A stretch of 64,000 bases of DNA from Octopus sinensis (taxonomy: Eukaryota), in NCBI RefSeq assembly GCF_006345805.1, contig NC_043002.1, forward strand, positions 85,436,001 through 85,500,000, read 5' to 3'. Below the pieces are notes generated by a model. The model searched no databases and had not been told where the DNA came from. It worked only from the letters and a program-made list of their open reading frames with translations. A program made the translations under genes and the position numbers. Each line of letters opens with the position of its first letter. The stretch's first letter is position 1. Positions 63,218 to 64,000 of the stretch are shown in pieces.

Positions 63218-63593
63218 TTCATAAATATATACATATGTAAATGGATCTCCATCAATTTTGATGATGAATATTCTGTTGCTTGATCAGCTGGATTAACTAC
63301 AGATTGAATTAGCATGCAAGTGGCTGAGTACCCCTCAGACATATGCTCACTTAATGTAATTATCAAGCAGAATCGCAATAATACAGTATGTGTTAAGACT
63401 GGATGCTTAAAAAATGCGTGCATCCTTACAGTTTCCAACTACTCAGGTTCCGTTAACAGGGCTTGAATTGACCCAAGGGGTCTATGGTAAATAATATTTA
63501 CCCAAGATGTTATGCAATGGGACTGAAGCAATTCAAATTTCTTAACTGCTGGTAATGTTGCATCCATAAAGATTGTTTTTATGTTCAGTTATT

Positions 63594-63849
63594 ATAAAAC
63601 AATTTTACATTAATCTGATTGGTTACTGTACACTTTTGTAGAATACAAATTTATCATTCTTAAGCAAGAATGTTGTTGATAGCGACTTCAAAGTTTTTTC
63701 CAGTTAAGCCATTGTCGAGTAGTCCAGTAATAGATTAGCTGGCCAAAACTTCAAAGTCACTATCAACAACATTCTTGTTTAAGAATAATAAATTTGTACT
63801 CTACAAAAGTATACTATAACTTATCAGGTCAATGTAAAATTGTTTTTAT
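63594..63849. repeat. Fold-back element, ~114-bp inverted arms with ~27-nt spacer
   Basis: 63594-63707 vs reverse complement of 63735-63849. Confidence 0.9.
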
Positions 63850-64000
63850 TATATTTTATTTATTTTATTTATGTGCCCTTTTCAAGCCTATCCAGACTCA
63901 TGGGCCTGGTTTCTCAATTTCTATGGCATATGTGTTCCCCACCCCCAGCTGGACGGGATGCCAGTCCATTGCAGTGTTACTCAAGAAACAGGAAGAGAGA

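Overview
AT-rich eukaryotic DNA, dense in microsatellites and dominated by transposable-element debris. The repeat families resemble those of an Octopus (coleoid cephalopod) genome; this is an inference, not a database match. No host gene could be identified with confidence, only two isolated exon candidates (14471-14697 minus, cadherin-like spacing; 41458-41543 plus). Most ORFs in the supplied track are microsatellite translations. Recognisable elements: a nearly full-length but dead R4/Dong-clade retrotransposon (21637-24941; RT, CCHC and RLE remnants) flanked by TAA tracts, plus a nest of Dong 3' ends (43960-47240); fragments of RTE, RTE-X and CR1-like LINEs; a Helitron helicase relic with two nested MITEs and a non-autonomous Helitron; mariner, piggyBac-like and hAT-like MITEs; many tRNA-headed SINEs from at least five families; and Penelope-like termini carrying hammerhead-ribozyme motifs, one of them (7165-7250) with a fully canonical catalytic core. 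Also notable are about ten fold-back inverted repeats and two retroinsertions flanked by very long (65 and 101 bp) direct repeats. All coordinates were counted by hand, and SINE boundaries are approximate.
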